Assembly: GCA_946183085.1 (NCBI GenBank)
Contig: CAMGZU010000001.1
Coordinates: 3,727-67,726, forward strand
Source: an uncultured Erysipelotrichaceae bacterium
GTDB lineage: Bacteria; Bacillota_I; Bacilli_A; RFN20; CAG-826
Direction: 5' to 3'
DNA: 64,000 nt
In this document: positions 18,690-29,009 of the stretch, piece after piece
Layout of the letters: each line of letters opens with the position of its first letter
Numbering within the stretch: position 1 is the first letter of the stretch
Made by a program: the position numbers and the translations under genes
The notes under the pieces: generated by a model
The model's input: only the letters and a program-made list of their open reading frames with translations
Told to the model about the DNA's origin: nothing
Databases searched by the model: none

Positions 18690-19703
18690 TTATTTGCTCA
18701 TTTCGTGGAGCGTGGAGTTCCGGGTGACGAGCTGGGCGTCGAAGTGGTTGACTTTGTCGCGGAGCTCATGGTTCATGAGATCGATCAACATATACATCGC
18801 GCGCTTCCCCACTTCCGCCATATCGATCGACATCGAAGTGATGGTCGGGCGGGTGATGAAGGAGTATTTCGTGCCGACGAGCGCCATGACTTCAACGTCT
18901 TCGGGGACGCGGAGTCCGGCGTCGATCGCCGCATTCATGACCGCGATCGCGATGGAGTCGCGATAGGCGATGAAGAAACCCGAGCGGTTGGTCTGGAAGA
19001 ATTCGCGGAATTCGTTATAAGTCCTCGTATAGGAGTCATCGCAGTTGATGACTTTATAAGGTTTGTTGAGTTGCTCGTTGGTGTTGACGAAGGTCTTCTC
19101 GCAGCGGGCCAGCAATCGGCCGCAATTGTGGACGTGGAGGAAGGTGAGGTCATGCTTGGCGATCTTTTCCTGATAATCGCGGATCATTGCGCTGAAAGCA
19201 TCCTGGTATTTGAGTTCGACGCAGCCGATGCGGTCGCCGGTGATCCTGTTGTTGACGACGATGATCGGGACGTTGTAGGAGGTGATCTTCGCGACATCGT
19301 CGGCGTCGAGTTCATCGTCAAAGACGATGGCGCCATCGACGTGGGAGGAGATGACCTTCTCCATCGCGGTCAAAGCCTCCTCGTGGGAATGGGAGGTCGT
19401 GAATAAGGTCAAGGTCAAGCCTTTGTCCTTCGCGGCGAGGGTGATGCCATTTAAGAAGTTCGAGATATAAACGTAGTTGGCGCTGGGGATGACGATGCCG
19501 ATGTTGGTCGTCTTGTTGGTGGCAAGGGCCTGGGCGAGGCCAGAGGGCTTATAGCCGAGTCTCGCGATGGTGTCTTCGACCTTCTTGCGGGTAGCCTCGG
19601 TGACGTTGCCCTGCTTATTGATGACGCGGCTCACGGTCGCAAGCGAGACGTCGGCGGCTTGGGCGACTTGGTAAATCGTAACGCGGTCTTTGAGATTCTT
19701 CAT
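18690..19703 (-). CDS. LacI-family transcriptional regulator
   Basis: VTIYQVAQAADVSLATVSRVINKQGNVTEATRKKVEDTIARLGYKP is the HTH_LacI motif, followed by a periplasmic-binding-protein-like sugar-binding fold. Confidence 0.9.
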   Translation of the reverse strand: MKNLKDRVTIYQVAQAADVSLATVSRVINKQGNVTEATRKKVEDTIARLGYKPSGLAQALATNKTTNIGIVIPSANYVYISNFLNGITLAAKDKGLTLTLFTTSHSHEEALTAMEKVISSHVDGAIVFDDELDADDVAKITSYNVPIIVVNNRITGDRIGCVELKYQDAFSAMIRDYQEKIAKHDLTFLHVHNCGRLLARCEKTFVNTNEQLNKPYKVINCDDSYTRTYNEFREFFQTNRSGFFIAYRDSIAIAVMNAAIDAGLRVPEDVEVMALVGTKYSFITRPTITSMSIDMAEVGKRAMYMLIDLMNHELRDKVNHFDAQLVTRNSTLHEMSK

Positions 19704-19751
19704 ATGTGGTTCCCCCTATTGCTCCGCTTAATGTAATGGGGTTTTGGAAAA

Positions 19752-19783
19752 AAGACAACAAAAACCTGAAAAAATTTTCAGGT
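19752..19783 (-). terminator. Intrinsic terminator after the TetR gene (near-palindrome ACCTGAAAA..TTTTCAGGT)
   Basis: A 9-bp stem spans 19764-19783, followed on the minus strand by UUUUGUUG. Confidence 0.6.
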
Positions 19784-19800
19784 CTTTCATTGATTTACAT

Positions 19801-20358
19801 TTAGGCCGTTTTTACAAAAAGGCGAAGGGCGGAAAGCAAAAGGCGGAGTTCCTGACGGACTTTTTCTTCGCTCGGAATGCGGCTGCGGTAATAATCCGCG
19901 AAAAGCCTGGCGAGGTAGCCGCCGATCAGCATCTCGATCTGGAGGCCGCTATCGGGTCCCTCCTTATAATAAGGACGGAGCAATTCGGCGACGCGCTTGG
20001 TGATGGTGACGCGGACATCCCCCAAAAGCATATCGGACATGCGGTGGGCGAAGTTGGAGAGGAAGGCTTCGTTCCTCTTCAAATCAAAGACGGCTTCATC
20101 GATCAAGGGACCAAATGCAGACTCGCCTTCGCTGATCGCGCGCTTCAAGCCATCGGCCATGGTTTGCACAAAATCGCTTTCGACATCGTCAAGGAGTTCT
20201 TTGAGATCCTTGTAGTGATAATAGAAAGTCGCGCGGTTGATGCCACTCGCCTCCGCAATCTCGACGATGGAGACCGGCCCCGTGGCGGTGCTATTGGCAA
20301 CGGAAGTATGCAGGGCCTTTTTGATGATCGCACGCGTGCTGGTGCTTTTTCGGGACAT
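19801..20358 (-). CDS. TetR/AcrR-family transcriptional regulator
   Basis: GPVSIVEIAEASGINRATFYYHYKDLKELL is the TetR HTH. I prefer the ATG at 20358 because TTGTGG-16-TATGAG (20393-20366) ends 7 nt upstream. The ORF-track start at 20409 is a TTG upstream of that promoter. Confidence 0.8.
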   Translation of the reverse strand: MSRKSTSTRAIIKKALHTSVANSTATGPVSIVEIAEASGINRATFYYHYKDLKELLDDVESDFVQTMADGLKRAISEGESAFGPLIDEAVFDLKRNEAFLSNFAHRMSDMLLGDVRVTITKRVAELLRPYYKEGPDSGLQIEMLIGGYLARLFADYYRSRIPSEEKVRQELRLLLSALRLFVKTA

Positions 20359-20464
20359 TCCAGTTCTCATACCAAAATTGTCTTTGACCACAAGAGAAAA
20401 GGCAAACAATATGATTAAAAAAGGGCGCGATGTATTAACATCGGCCCCAATTCTTAAACGTTTT

Positions 20465-21064
20465 TTAAAAACTGGCTAAGAAAAAGTCGTTCCCCTCTTT
20501 TTCGCCTTCCACCACAAACGCGTTTTTGTAGTCTTCGTTAAGATGGAGCTCTTTGCCGCTTGCGATGTCGGCGTCATGGTGGATGTTGCGGATGATCGAA
20601 GCGTGGAAAGTCGTGCCGTCGAATTTGATGGTGCCATCCAAGGCGACCACGACGTTCTTGCCGACTTCGAGGTTCGGGTAGCGGGAGAAGGTCTCGATCT
20701 GTCTCTCGCCCAAGGAGAGGGTGACGATTTGCGCCTTCTCATCCAAAGGATGCTCTTCCAAAGCGACGATCTTGGCCACCTTGTAGCCCGAGTCGCGGCA
20801 ATAAGGAAGCTCTGGCAAGCCATTCTGCTTCAAGATGGTGTTGAGGACATCGATGAGCGCGTCGTCCGGGGTGACGATCATCCCGCTCGTCTTGAGCTTG
20901 ACGACCTCGCCGATCTGGAAGAAGTTCGCGCCGATGAAGCGGCCTTCTTTGAAAAGGCCGGTGACATTATTGCCTTCTTTGATGGTGTCAGGCTCCGTCT
21001 CTGGTTCATAGACCAGGAAAAGGACGTCGCCATTGGTTTTGAAATCGTAGAAGAGACGATACAT
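20465..21064 (-). CDS. ytpR: YtpR-family tRNA-binding protein
   Basis: An N-terminal DUF4479-like region is followed by an OB-fold tRNA-binding domain (YKVAKIVALEEHPLDEKAQIVTLSLGE..). Confidence 0.75.
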   Translation of the reverse strand: MYRLFYDFKTNGDVLFLVYEPETEPDTIKEGNNVTGLFKEGRFIGANFFQIGEVVKLKTSGMIVTPDDALIDVLNTILKQNGLPELPYCRDSGYKVAKIVALEEHPLDEKAQIVTLSLGERQIETFSRYPNLEVGKNVVVALDGTIKFDGTTFHASIIRNIHHDADIASGKELHLNEDYKNAFVVEGEKEGNDFFLASF

Positions 21065-21066
21065 TG

Positions 21067-21687
21067 CTATTCTCCTTTCTTGCCGAGGATCACGCGGGTG
21101 ATCGGCTTATTCTTTGAACGGAAGTTCTTTTCGTATTCGCTCATCACATCGTCTTCTCCGCCGGGATACTCCTCGGTGAAAAAGAGGATGGGGAAGCCGG
21201 CTTCTTTGGCTTCTTCGAGGGTGAATTGATAAAGGTCGCGGTTGTCGCTTTTGAAGACGATCTTGCCGCCATCCTTCAGAAGGGAATTCATCTTAAGGAG
21301 GCGTTCCCTCGTGGTGAGCCTCCGTTTCCAATGCCGCCTTTTGGGCCAAGGATCGGAGAAATTGAGGTAGATGGCGTCGAATCTCACGTCCTTGATCTCC
21401 TCATAGACGGAATCGAAGTCGCCATCGCGGAGGAGGATGTTCGTCTTCTCGGCCTCCACCACTTTCTTCGCGGCGATCGCCAGGACGTCTTTCTCGCGCT
21501 CCACCCCAACCCAATACCCGCCTTGGAGGGAACTCATCCCGAGGATGAAGTCGCCTTTGCCGATGCCGATCTCAAGGTAAAGAGGGGCTTTGACAAGGAA
21601 TTCTTTCTCCTCGCCGAGGTTCTCGCTCACCAAAGAGCGATGGCTATCGATGTAGGGCGTCGTCCAGCTTTTATGACGGGCTCTCAC
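21067..21687 (-). CDS. trmB: tRNA (guanine46-N7)-methyltransferase
   Basis: LEIGIGKGDF and YLNFSDPWPKRRHWKRRL are TrmB motifs. Confidence 0.9.
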   Translation of the reverse strand: MRARHKSWTTPYIDSHRSLVSENLGEEKEFLVKAPLYLEIGIGKGDFILGMSSLQGGYWVGVEREKDVLAIAAKKVVEAEKTNILLRDGDFDSVYEEIKDVRFDAIYLNFSDPWPKRRHWKRRLTTRERLLKMNSLLKDGGKIVFKSDNRDLYQFTLEEAKEAGFPILFFTEEYPGGEDDVMSEYEKNFRSKNKPITRVILGKKGE

Positions 21688-23054
21688 TTCTTGATCTTCC
21701 CCAAAGAGTAGATGGCATCCGCGTAGATGGCGATCTGGGCGAGGAAGTCATCGATGTAGATGTATTCGTTGGGCGAATGGATGTCGCCAGGGTGGTTTTT
21801 GAAGGCCGAGCCATAGGCGACGCAGTTGGGCGCCTCTTTGGCGTAGGTGCCACCGCCGATCGCGAGCGGCTTATCGAAGAACTTGTGGGTCATCCGCTTG
21901 TAGGACTTCATCAAAGTCGCGACGAGCGGGCTCTTCTTGTCGTAAAGAAGCGGTTTGGAGACGCTGACGAGAGCAACGTCCAAACCCGTCTTTTCCTTGA
22001 AATTCTCGAGGAGGGCCTCCGCGTCGGCGGATTCGCCATAGCGGAAGTCGACGGTCGTCGAGAAAAGGCCGCTTCCATATTTCACGATGCCATAGGAATA
22101 GGTGGTCTTGCCAAGCTCTTTGCTCTCGACGAGGCCGCCGAAATTCTCGCCATGGCATTCGCTGAAAAGCTCGCCTAACTTCGTTAAGAATTCGTTCTTA
22201 TAGAATTTGCCAAGGATCTGGAAGGCTTTGACGGCCGCGTTCTCGCCGATTTCCGGGGTGGAAGCATGGGCGGTTTTGCCCTTGAAGGAGACGATCATGC
22301 ATTCGCCGGCGACGTTGATGTCGCCCGCAACATTGTTCTCTTTGAAGAAAGCCTCGAATTTCTTATCTAACGGCAAAGTGACGACGAGTTTGTCGCAAAC
22401 CGCGTTGGTGACGAAGCCGCCATCCATCGCGACGATCGGGGAAAGGTCGACTTTCTTGGAAGCATTAAAATGGGCGATGCCCTTTTCGGCGTAGATGAGC
22501 GGGAAGTCGGCGTCCGGAGTGAAGCCAAAGTCGCTCGCTTCCTTGTTGAGGACGTGGAAATAATGATGGAGGCAGCTCGAGCCCCTTTCTTCGTCGCCAC
22601 CGCTAACCAGGCGGACGCGATAGCCGTTGATTAAGCCATTGTCTTTAAGAAGCTTCATCGCGTAAAGCGCGGCGATGAGCGGGCCTTTGTCGTCGCTGGT
22701 GCCACGGCCATACATGATGCGCTCCTTGCCCTGCCCTTCCACTTTCGCGGAGAAAGGCGGGTATTTCCAGGTGCCGGAAACGGGAACGACGTCGCTATGG
22801 GCGTAGATGCCGATGAGCGGTCCTTCTTCGCCAAAGCTAAGCTCGGTGGCATAGCCATCGCAGGTGTCGACTTTGAAGCCATAGTCGTTGCCGAGCTTGG
22901 CGACATAGTCGAGGGCGCTTTTCACGCCTTTGCCATAAGGGGCCTTGGGGCCGATGGTCTTTTCGTCATAGACGGATTCTTTGTGGACAAATTCCTGAAG
23001 CGCGATGATCGCGTTGGTCTCGTAGGATTTGGCCAGTTTCTTGAAATTGGGCAT
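21684..23054 (-). CDS. pepV: M20-family dipeptidase (PepV/Sapep type)
   Basis: IGIYAHSDVVP, GRGTSDDKGP and SGGDEERGS are the M20 metal-binding motifs. Confidence 0.85.
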   Translation of the reverse strand: MPNFKKLAKSYETNAIIALQEFVHKESVYDEKTIGPKAPYGKGVKSALDYVAKLGNDYGFKVDTCDGYATELSFGEEGPLIGIYAHSDVVPVSGTWKYPPFSAKVEGQGKERIMYGRGTSDDKGPLIAALYAMKLLKDNGLINGYRVRLVSGGDEERGSSCLHHYFHVLNKEASDFGFTPDADFPLIYAEKGIAHFNASKKVDLSPIVAMDGGFVTNAVCDKLVVTLPLDKKFEAFFKENNVAGDINVAGECMIVSFKGKTAHASTPEIGENAAVKAFQILGKFYKNEFLTKLGELFSECHGENFGGLVESKELGKTTYSYGIVKYGSGLFSTTVDFRYGESADAEALLENFKEKTGLDVALVSVSKPLLYDKKSPLVATLMKSYKRMTHKFFDKPLAIGGGTYAKEAPNCVAYGSAFKNHPGDIHSPNEYIYIDDFLAQIAIYADAIYSLGKIKK

Positions 23055-23071
23055 GTTTTCTCTCCTAACTG

Positions 23072-23818
23072 CTAATTCTTTAATGCCTTTTTAACGTAGG
23101 AAGGCCACGCTTTCGGCAAAGCCTTCTTGAGGATGATGTTGAGGGTTGGGGTGAAGAGGGAGGCGAGGATCGCCTCTCCGCTGGCGCCAAGGGCGGTCAA
23201 GGCGAGAGCGGTCATCCCGAGGGCGCTTGCATCGCCGCCGAAGAGCCACGCCCAGAGCCAAGCGGTCTCGCCTCCTAAGAAGACGTAGATCGAGCCGAAG
23301 ACCAAGATGGTATGGAGGACGGTCGATACCGCCGCAAGAGCCCCCAAGAGGAGCTTTTGGTTGGCGTTTTTCCTGAAGTGATGCGGGATCTCGAACAAGA
23401 GCCCGGCGATCAAGCCGAACAAGAAGCGCGGCAAGATCGAGATGAGGGGGTTCATGAAGAGCATATCGAAGGCGCTGGTGGCCGCGGTAAGCGCGCGGAT
23501 CCAGTTCGATAAGCCGAAGAGGAAGCCATAGAGGGCCCCTCTTTTCCAACCCATGAGGCTTGCGCCCAACAAGACGGGAAGGTGAAGGAGGGTGAAGGTG
23601 ATGACGCCCCCGGCGATCGAGAGATAGCCGATGTTGGGCGTGAAGGTCATGACGATGATGATGGCGATGAAGATCGCGTCATTGGTCATGTTGAGGATGT
23701 GGCGATGCTTGTCTTCCTGTTTGTGGGAGAGCTGGTTGTCGGCGTACATCAGTCCGGTGAGGACCAAGAGGATTCCTAGCATGACTAGGAAGAAGATGGT
23801 GTAGAGATTTCCGGTCAT
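23072..23818 (-). CDS. ECF-transporter S component (possibly pantothenate-specific, given its adjacency to coaX)
   Basis: It is a six-TM small membrane protein of ECF S-component type, placed 5 nt downstream of coaX. The substrate assignment is a context inference only. Confidence 0.6.
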   Translation of the reverse strand: MTGNLYTIFFLVMLGILLVLTGLMYADNQLSHKQEDKHRHILNMTNDAIFIAIIIVMTFTPNIGYLSIAGGVITFTLLHLPVLLGASLMGWKRGALYGFLFGLSNWIRALTAATSAFDMLFMNPLISILPRFLFGLIAGLLFEIPHHFRKNANQKLLLGALAAVSTVLHTILVFGSIYVFLGGETAWLWAWLFGGDASALGMTALALTALGASGEAILASLFTPTLNIILKKALPKAWPSYVKKALKN

Positions 23819-23823
23819 TTTAT

Positions 23824-24588
23824 CTATTTGCTCCGTTCGTTGATGACCCGTAAGCCATCGAGAACCAAGGTTTCGTCGAATTTGAATTCGGGGAGGAGGT
23901 CAACGACATGTGGCGCATTGCCGCCCGTTAGGATCTTCGTTAAGGGCGAAGCGGCTTCTTCTTCGAAGGCACTTGCGAGCCCCTTCACCGCCATGGCGGC
24001 GCCATAGACGATGCCCGAGAGCAGGCATTCTTTCGTGTTTTTGCCGATCGCGCGCTCGGGTTTGGTGAGGCGAACCTCCGGGAGCGCGGCCGTATCGGCG
24101 CGCAACGCGCGGCTCGACATCCTTAAGCCCGGGCCGATGGATAAGCCGCCGAATTCGCCTTTTTCGTTGATGTGGATGAGTTTGCTTGCGGTGCCTAGAT
24201 CTGCCACCACGCAATTGCTTCCATATTTGGAGAGGGCGCCGACGCAGGCGGCGATGATGTCCGCCCCAAGGTCAGAAGCCTCCAAACTCTCGGCGATTCC
24301 TAAGCCGCCGGAGAGGGAAAGATTCACGAAGCGCGGACGGACGTCGAAGAGGTCGAAGACCACGCGTTCCCAAACCGGGTTTAGGTCACTCACCACCGAA
24401 GCGACGATCGCCTCGCGGATGTCTTCCGGGGAAACCTGGAATTCATCGAGGTGCCGCGAGAGGCGGTGCCGGTATTCGTTGGCGGTTAAATAGATGCTCG
24501 TTTCGTAATGGAAGACGCGGACGAGCTCGTTTCCGCTATATAAGCCGACGTCGGTGCGGCTATTGCCGATATCAATGGTAAGAAGCAT
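23824..24588 (-). CDS. coaX: Type III pantothenate kinase
   Basis: MLLTIDIGNSRTDVGLY.. and VVADLGTASK are present. The ATG at 24588 has the SD AAGGAG 9 nt upstream. The longer ORF-track start at 24672 has none. Confidence 0.85.
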   Translation of the reverse strand: MLLTIDIGNSRTDVGLYSGNELVRVFHYETSIYLTANEYRHRLSRHLDEFQVSPEDIREAIVASVVSDLNPVWERVVFDLFDVRPRFVNLSLSGGLGIAESLEASDLGADIIAACVGALSKYGSNCVVADLGTASKLIHINEKGEFGGLSIGPGLRMSSRALRADTAALPEVRLTKPERAIGKNTKECLLSGIVYGAAMAVKGLASAFEEEAASPLTKILTGGNAPHVVDLLPEFKFDETLVLDGLRVINERSK

Positions 24589-24683
24589 AGGCAAAAAACT
24601 CCTTGTGATCAAAACCCGATATATCTTAACGCGAAACATCCTTTTAACAAACAAAGTTTGTTGAATGAGCACGAACTAACGTA

Positions 24684-24706
24684 AGAAAAGACCGGTTTCC
24701 CGGTCT
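24684..24706 (-). terminator. Intrinsic terminator after leuS
   Basis: The minus strand reads AGACCGG-gaa-ACCGGUCU followed by UUUCUU. Confidence 0.6.
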
Positions 24707-24720
24707 CTTCGTTGGAGGAA

Positions 24721-27123
24721 TCAAGCGGCGACGATGTTGACGATCTTGCCTTTGACGACGATGACTTTGCGGACGACTTTGCCTTCCAAGAAGGATTTGA
24801 CCTTCTCGTTGGCGAGCGCCTTTTCCTGGAGCTCGGCGTCAGCGATGTCTTTGGCAACCTCGATCACATCGCGGGTTTTGCCATTGATGGCAAGGGCGAT
24901 CTTCACGGTCTCGTTGACGAGTTTGCTTTCGTCGAACTTTGGCCATGGGGCATAAGCGATCGACTCTTTGTGGCCAAGCCTCTCCCACATCTCTTCGCCC
25001 GTGAAGGGGCAGACGCAGGAGAAGATTTGGACGAAGCCTTCCAAGTAGGCTTTGTAAATCGATTTGGCTTTGTAGACTTCGTTCACGAAGACCATCATGG
25101 CCGCGATCGCGGTGTTGAAGGCGAGGTTTTCGTAATCCTCGGTGCACTTCTTCACCATGAAATGGAAGGCGTAATCGAGCTCGCCCGAATTGGCGTCGGA
25201 GATCCTTTCGGAAATCGAAGGTTCGTCCACGAGGCGGAAGACGCGCTCAATGAAGCGTTTCGCGCCGTCTAAGCCAGTGGTCGACCAAGGTTTCTTCTCG
25301 GCAAGCGGGCCGGCAAACATCTCAAAGAGGCGGAGGGAATCCGCGCCATGGGATTTCACGATGTCGTCGGGGTTGACGACGTTGCCGCGCGATTTGGACA
25401 TCTTCTCGCCATTGGCGCCCAAGATCATGCCTTGGTGATAAAGCTTCTGGAACGGCTCTTTGGTCGGCACGACGCCGATGTCATAAAGGAATTTGTGCCA
25501 GAAACGGGCGTAGAGAAGGTGGAGGACCGCGTGTTCGGCGCCGCCGATATAAAGGTCAACCGGGAGCCAGTGCTTCAAAAGCTCCGGTTCGCAAAGCGCC
25601 TTGTCGTTATGGGGATCGATGTAGCGGAGGTAATACCAGCAAGACCCGGCCCATTGGGGCATCGTGTTGGTCTCTCTCGTCGCCTTTTTGCCGTTAATCT
25701 CGACGTTAAGCCAAGCGCTCGGGGCCTGGGAAAGCGGCGGGCGGCCATCCTTAGATGGCGCATATTGGGTCATCTCGGGAAGAACAAGCGGGAGCTGGTC
25801 TTCGGGAAGCGGGAGTTCGGTGCCATCTTCCAAGGTGAGCATCGGGATCGGCTCGCCCCAATAACGCTGACGGGAGAAGATCCAGTCGCGGAGTTTGTAA
25901 TTGACGACGCGCTTGCCTTTGCCAAGCTCGACGAGTTTCTCGGTGATCGCTTTTTTGGCTCCTTCGATATCGAGGCCATCGGCAAAGGAGGAATTGATGT
26001 GCTTGCCATCTTCCACCATCGCCTCTTTCGAGACGTCGCCTTCCAAGACCTGGATCATCGGGAGGCCGTGCTTTTTCGCAAACGCATAGTCGCGGGTGTC
26101 ATGGCAAGGAACCGCCATGACGGCGCCCGAGCCATAAGAGCCCAAGACGTAATCGCCGACGAAAAGCGGGATCTTTTTGCCGTTGATCGGGTTGATCGCC
26201 TCAACGCCAAGATAGACGCCGGTCTTTTCCTTTTCGGTGCCGGTGCGCATCAAATCGCTCTTGGAGGCGGCTTTCTTGCAGTAATCCTCCACCGCTTCTT
26301 TCTGTTCCGGGGAGACGAGCTTCTTCACGAGCGGATGTTCAGGGGCGAGCACGCAATAGGTGCAGCCAAAGAGGGTGTCGACGCGGGTGGTGAAGACGTC
26401 AAACGATTCTTCCGAATCCGCGATTTGGAAGGTGATTTGGACGCCTTCGCTCCTGCCGATCCAATTCTTTTGCATCTCCAAGGTGGATTTGGGCCAATCC
26501 AAGGAGGCGAGATCCTGCTCCAATTTGTCGGCGTAGCGGGTGATGCGGAGGACCCACTGGCGCATAGGCATGCGGATGACGGGGTAGCCGCCGCGCTCGG
26601 ACTTGCCGTCAATCACCTCTTCGTTGGCCAAGACGGTGCCTAACTCTGGGCAATAGTTGACCGGGATGTTATCGACGTAAGCAAGGTCATGCTTATACAT
26701 CTGGAGGAAGATCCACTGCGTCCATTTGTAATAGCTGGGATCGGTGGTTTTGATCTCTTTGCTCCAGTCATAGGAAAGACCCAAAGATTGGATCTGCTCT
26801 TTGAAGTGGGCAATGTTCTTGTCGGTGAAGATGGAAGGATGCTGGTTATTGGCGATCGCGAATTGCTCCGCGGGGAGGCCAAAGGCGTCCCAGCCCATCG
26901 GGTGAAGGACGTTATAGCCCTGCATCCTCTTCATCCTCGAGATGATGTCGCTCGCGGTGTAGCCTTCGGGGTGGCCGACGTGAAGACCCTGTCCCGAAGG
27001 ATAAGGGAACATGTCGAGGGCGTAGTATTTGGGTTTGGAGAAGTCATGGGTGTCGCAATGGAAGGTATCGTGCTCTTCCCAGTATTTGCGCCACTTGGTT
27101 TCGAAATTCTTAAAATCGTACAT
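24721..27123 (-). CDS. leuS: Leucine--tRNA ligase
   Basis: [17 protein letters not shown] (HIGH) and [10 protein letters not shown] (KMSKS) are present, and the 800-aa length fits. Confidence 0.97.
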   Translation of the reverse strand: MYDFKNFETKWRKYWEEHDTFHCDTHDFSKPKYYALDMFPYPSGQGLHVGHPEGYTASDIISRMKRMQGYNVLHPMGWDAFGLPAEQFAIANNQHPSIFTDKNIAHFKEQIQSLGLSYDWSKEIKTTDPSYYKWTQWIFLQMYKHDLAYVDNIPVNYCPELGTVLANEEVIDGKSERGGYPVIRMPMRQWVLRITRYADKLEQDLASLDWPKSTLEMQKNWIGRSEGVQITFQIADSEESFDVFTTRVDTLFGCTYCVLAPEHPLVKKLVSPEQKEAVEDYCKKAASKSDLMRTGTEKEKTGVYLGVEAINPINGKKIPLFVGDYVLGSYGSGAVMAVPCHDTRDYAFAKKHGLPMIQVLEGDVSKEAMVEDGKHINSSFADGLDIEGAKKAITEKLVELGKGKRVVNYKLRDWIFSRQRYWGEPIPMLTLEDGTELPLPEDQLPLVLPEMTQYAPSKDGRPPLSQAPSAWLNVEINGKKATRETNTMPQWAGSCWYYLRYIDPHNDKALCEPELLKHWLPVDLYIGGAEHAVLHLLYARFWHKFLYDIGVVPTKEPFQKLYHQGMILGANGEKMSKSRGNVVNPDDIVKSHGADSLRLFEMFAGPLAEKKPWSTTGLDGAKRFIERVFRLVDEPSISERISDANSGELDYAFHFMVKKCTEDYENLAFNTAIAAMMVFVNEVYKAKSIYKAYLEGFVQIFSCVCPFTGEEMWERLGHKESIAYAPWPKFDESKLVNETVKIALAINGKTRDVIEVAKDIADAELQEKALANEKVKSFLEGKVVRKVIVVKGKIVNIVAA

Positions 27124-27132
27124 AGCGACAAG

Positions 27133-27160
27133 ATTTTACCCTAGATTGCGCAGTAAGCAA
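27133..27160 (-). promoter_or_regulatory. Candidate leuS promoter TTGCTT-16-TAAAAT ending 9 nt before the ATG
   Basis: The -35 is the reverse complement of 27155-27160 and the -10 the reverse complement of 27133-27138. No SD and no T-box leader lie in the 140-nt divergent spacer. Confidence 0.45.
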
Positions 27161-27264
27161 CCTTTTCTCCTCCTAAAGGAGGCGGAACCTCATTTTTTCC
27201 TTGTGGCATATTTGTGCGCCCGCCCCGTTACAATAGAAGCATCACCATTCCAAGGAGGCCAATT

Positions 27265-28914
27265 ATGGGCAGAATCTACGAAGCAATCCGCAAAGACATC
27301 GAAAAACTCCGTCGGATCGATCAAAAGATCCAAAACAAGGAACCCCTCACGATGGACGAAGTCTTTGACGCCGACATCGCCTTGCAAAAACTCCGCTACG
27401 TCTGCGTTTACGCGGAAGAGGAAGTTCCAGAGGCTTTCGGAAACATGGTCGGGCACGACAACGAGAATCTTGAGAACTTCTTCGTCCCCCAAAACCTCGA
27501 GCAGCTCTCCGAAGCATGGGAAGACGCGATGGGCCAAGAGCAGATTGATCACGCCCTCAATCACCTTAGCCTCCAAAGCAAAGCGGAAGCCTATGTCCCA
27601 GAGATCACGCCGCATAACCCCACCGGTTACTACGAATACGTCAACCAAACCTTAACCGACCTCGCCAACATCTCTTGGACCGAGAATTATGGCATCACCG
27701 CCAACGGTTTCGGTTATATGGTCGCTTCGGCCCACCAAGAGCTCGTCAAGAGCACCTTTAAATACGATTTCGCCTTCGATCCAAATAACCCGGATCACCA
27801 AAACCTCTACCAATTCCTTGAAAAACCCATCCGTGAGATGGTGAAGGCACATGGCGAGAACCTCCAGGTTCGCGATCAGCACGACTACATCGAGGAGATG
27901 GAGGACATCGTGAACGATTTCAATCAGAATTCCGGTCATGACTTTCCGGCCCAGGAGGTCATGGCCCACTACCCCGTCGCCAAAGCTTTGGAGCCCATCC
28001 ACAAGGCGAAATGGAACCCCAAAGGCCTCTCCGCCGCCATCAAGGAATCGATCGAGCAATACGCGAAGCTGAAAAAGAAGAAAGACGATCCTTCCCTCGG
28101 CGAATTCATCTCCACCGTCAAAGACCGCATCGACGACTCCTACTTCGACCATGCCATCGTCTTGGGCGATGATGCCGACAGCAAGTTCCTCAAAGACTTC
28201 ATGAAAGACCCGATCTCCGCGATGGAAAACCACTATAACGAAAAAGCGGACATCAACCGCAATGGCAACCGGATGGCGCGCGACAACGCACAGCAAATCG
28301 CCAGAGAGCGTGGCCACTACACTAACGCCCGCGAAGGAAAGGTCGACCGCTACGCCCAGATGGAGGCGAACCGCAAGCGGCGCTTCGAGTCCATCTTCTC
28401 CGAAAACAACCCCAACTTCGATCCCAACCGTTTCAAATACAACTATTCGGGCAACGCCTTCGAGCGTTTCCTCGGCCGCACCTCCAAGGAATGGACCGAG
28501 CTCTCCAATTACATCGATAGCTGGAAGAACATCGGCCAGCAGAAAGACTTCGACAAAGCCGCCGATCTCGCGGACAAATACCTCCGCCACAAATTCCCAA
28601 ACGTCGAACCCAAAGACGTCACCCCCGAAATGGTGAACGATCTCCGTGGGGCGGGCAGGCATAGAGGTCTCTTCTGCGTGGACCTCGTTCAAGCGAAGCT
28701 CGCCGCCGAGCAAGAGGAAAACCAAGCGATCTATGAGCAGGCCAACCGCCGCTTCGACCAACTGGAAACCAGGCTCCATCGCGGAGAAAGCTTCCAAGAC
28801 CAACTCGGCAACGACATCGCTAACGATGACAACCTCATCCAGCAGCCGTCCCACCACCGCGACGAGCCGGTCAACGAGAACGTCATCGAAAACGACAACA
28901 ACATCGAAATCTAA
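27265..28914 (+). CDS. Hypothetical protein (549 aa, acidic, no TM or signal peptide, no family recognised)
   Basis: A strong SD AAGGAGG lies 5 nt before the ATG at 27265. It is a long uninterrupted ORF with a terminator downstream. I recognise no motif. Confidence 0.7.
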   Translation: MGRIYEAIRKDIEKLRRIDQKIQNKEPLTMDEVFDADIALQKLRYVCVYAEEEVPEAFGNMVGHDNENLENFFVPQNLEQLSEAWEDAMGQEQIDHALNHLSLQSKAEAYVPEITPHNPTGYYEYVNQTLTDLANISWTENYGITANGFGYMVASAHQELVKSTFKYDFAFDPNNPDHQNLYQFLEKPIREMVKAHGENLQVRDQHDYIEEMEDIVNDFNQNSGHDFPAQEVMAHYPVAKALEPIHKAKWNPKGLSAAIKESIEQYAKLKKKKDDPSLGEFISTVKDRIDDSYFDHAIVLGDDADSKFLKDFMKDPISAMENHYNEKADINRNGNRMARDNAQQIARERGHYTNAREGKVDRYAQMEANRKRRFESIFSENNPNFDPNRFKYNYSGNAFERFLGRTSKEWTELSNYIDSWKNIGQQKDFDKAADLADKYLRHKFPNVEPKDVTPEMVNDLRGAGRHRGLFCVDLVQAKLAAEQEENQAIYEQANRRFDQLETRLHRGESFQDQLGNDIANDDNLIQQPSHHRDEPVNENVIENDNNIEI

Positions 28915-28936
28915 TCCGGTTACTTAAGTAAACGAA

Positions 28937-28973
28937 AGAGCATTCCCTTTTTAAACAGGGTGCTCTTTTGTTT
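28937..28973 (+). terminator. Intrinsic terminator after the 549-aa ORF
   Basis: AGAGCA..CCCT-loop-AGGG TGCTCT is followed by TTTGTTT. Confidence 0.55.
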
Positions 28974-29009
28974 CTTGGCGTTCGCTCGCGCGTTATAATG
29001 AGAAGAACA

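Noticed and set aside
27652-28857. Very long antisense ORFs opposite real genes. Examples are 27652-28857 (401 aa), 25348-26643 (431 aa, opposite leuS), 18393-19406 (337 aa, opposite the LacI gene), 6827-7738 (opposite ezrA), 357-1280, 34333-35205, 44922-45719 and 60377-61027.
   Set aside because: Their translations are low-complexity (rich in D/E/G/R/V/A) with no recognisable motifs. Each fully overlaps a gene with unmistakable family signatures on the other strand. Stop-poor antisense frames are the expected by-product of the codon bias here.
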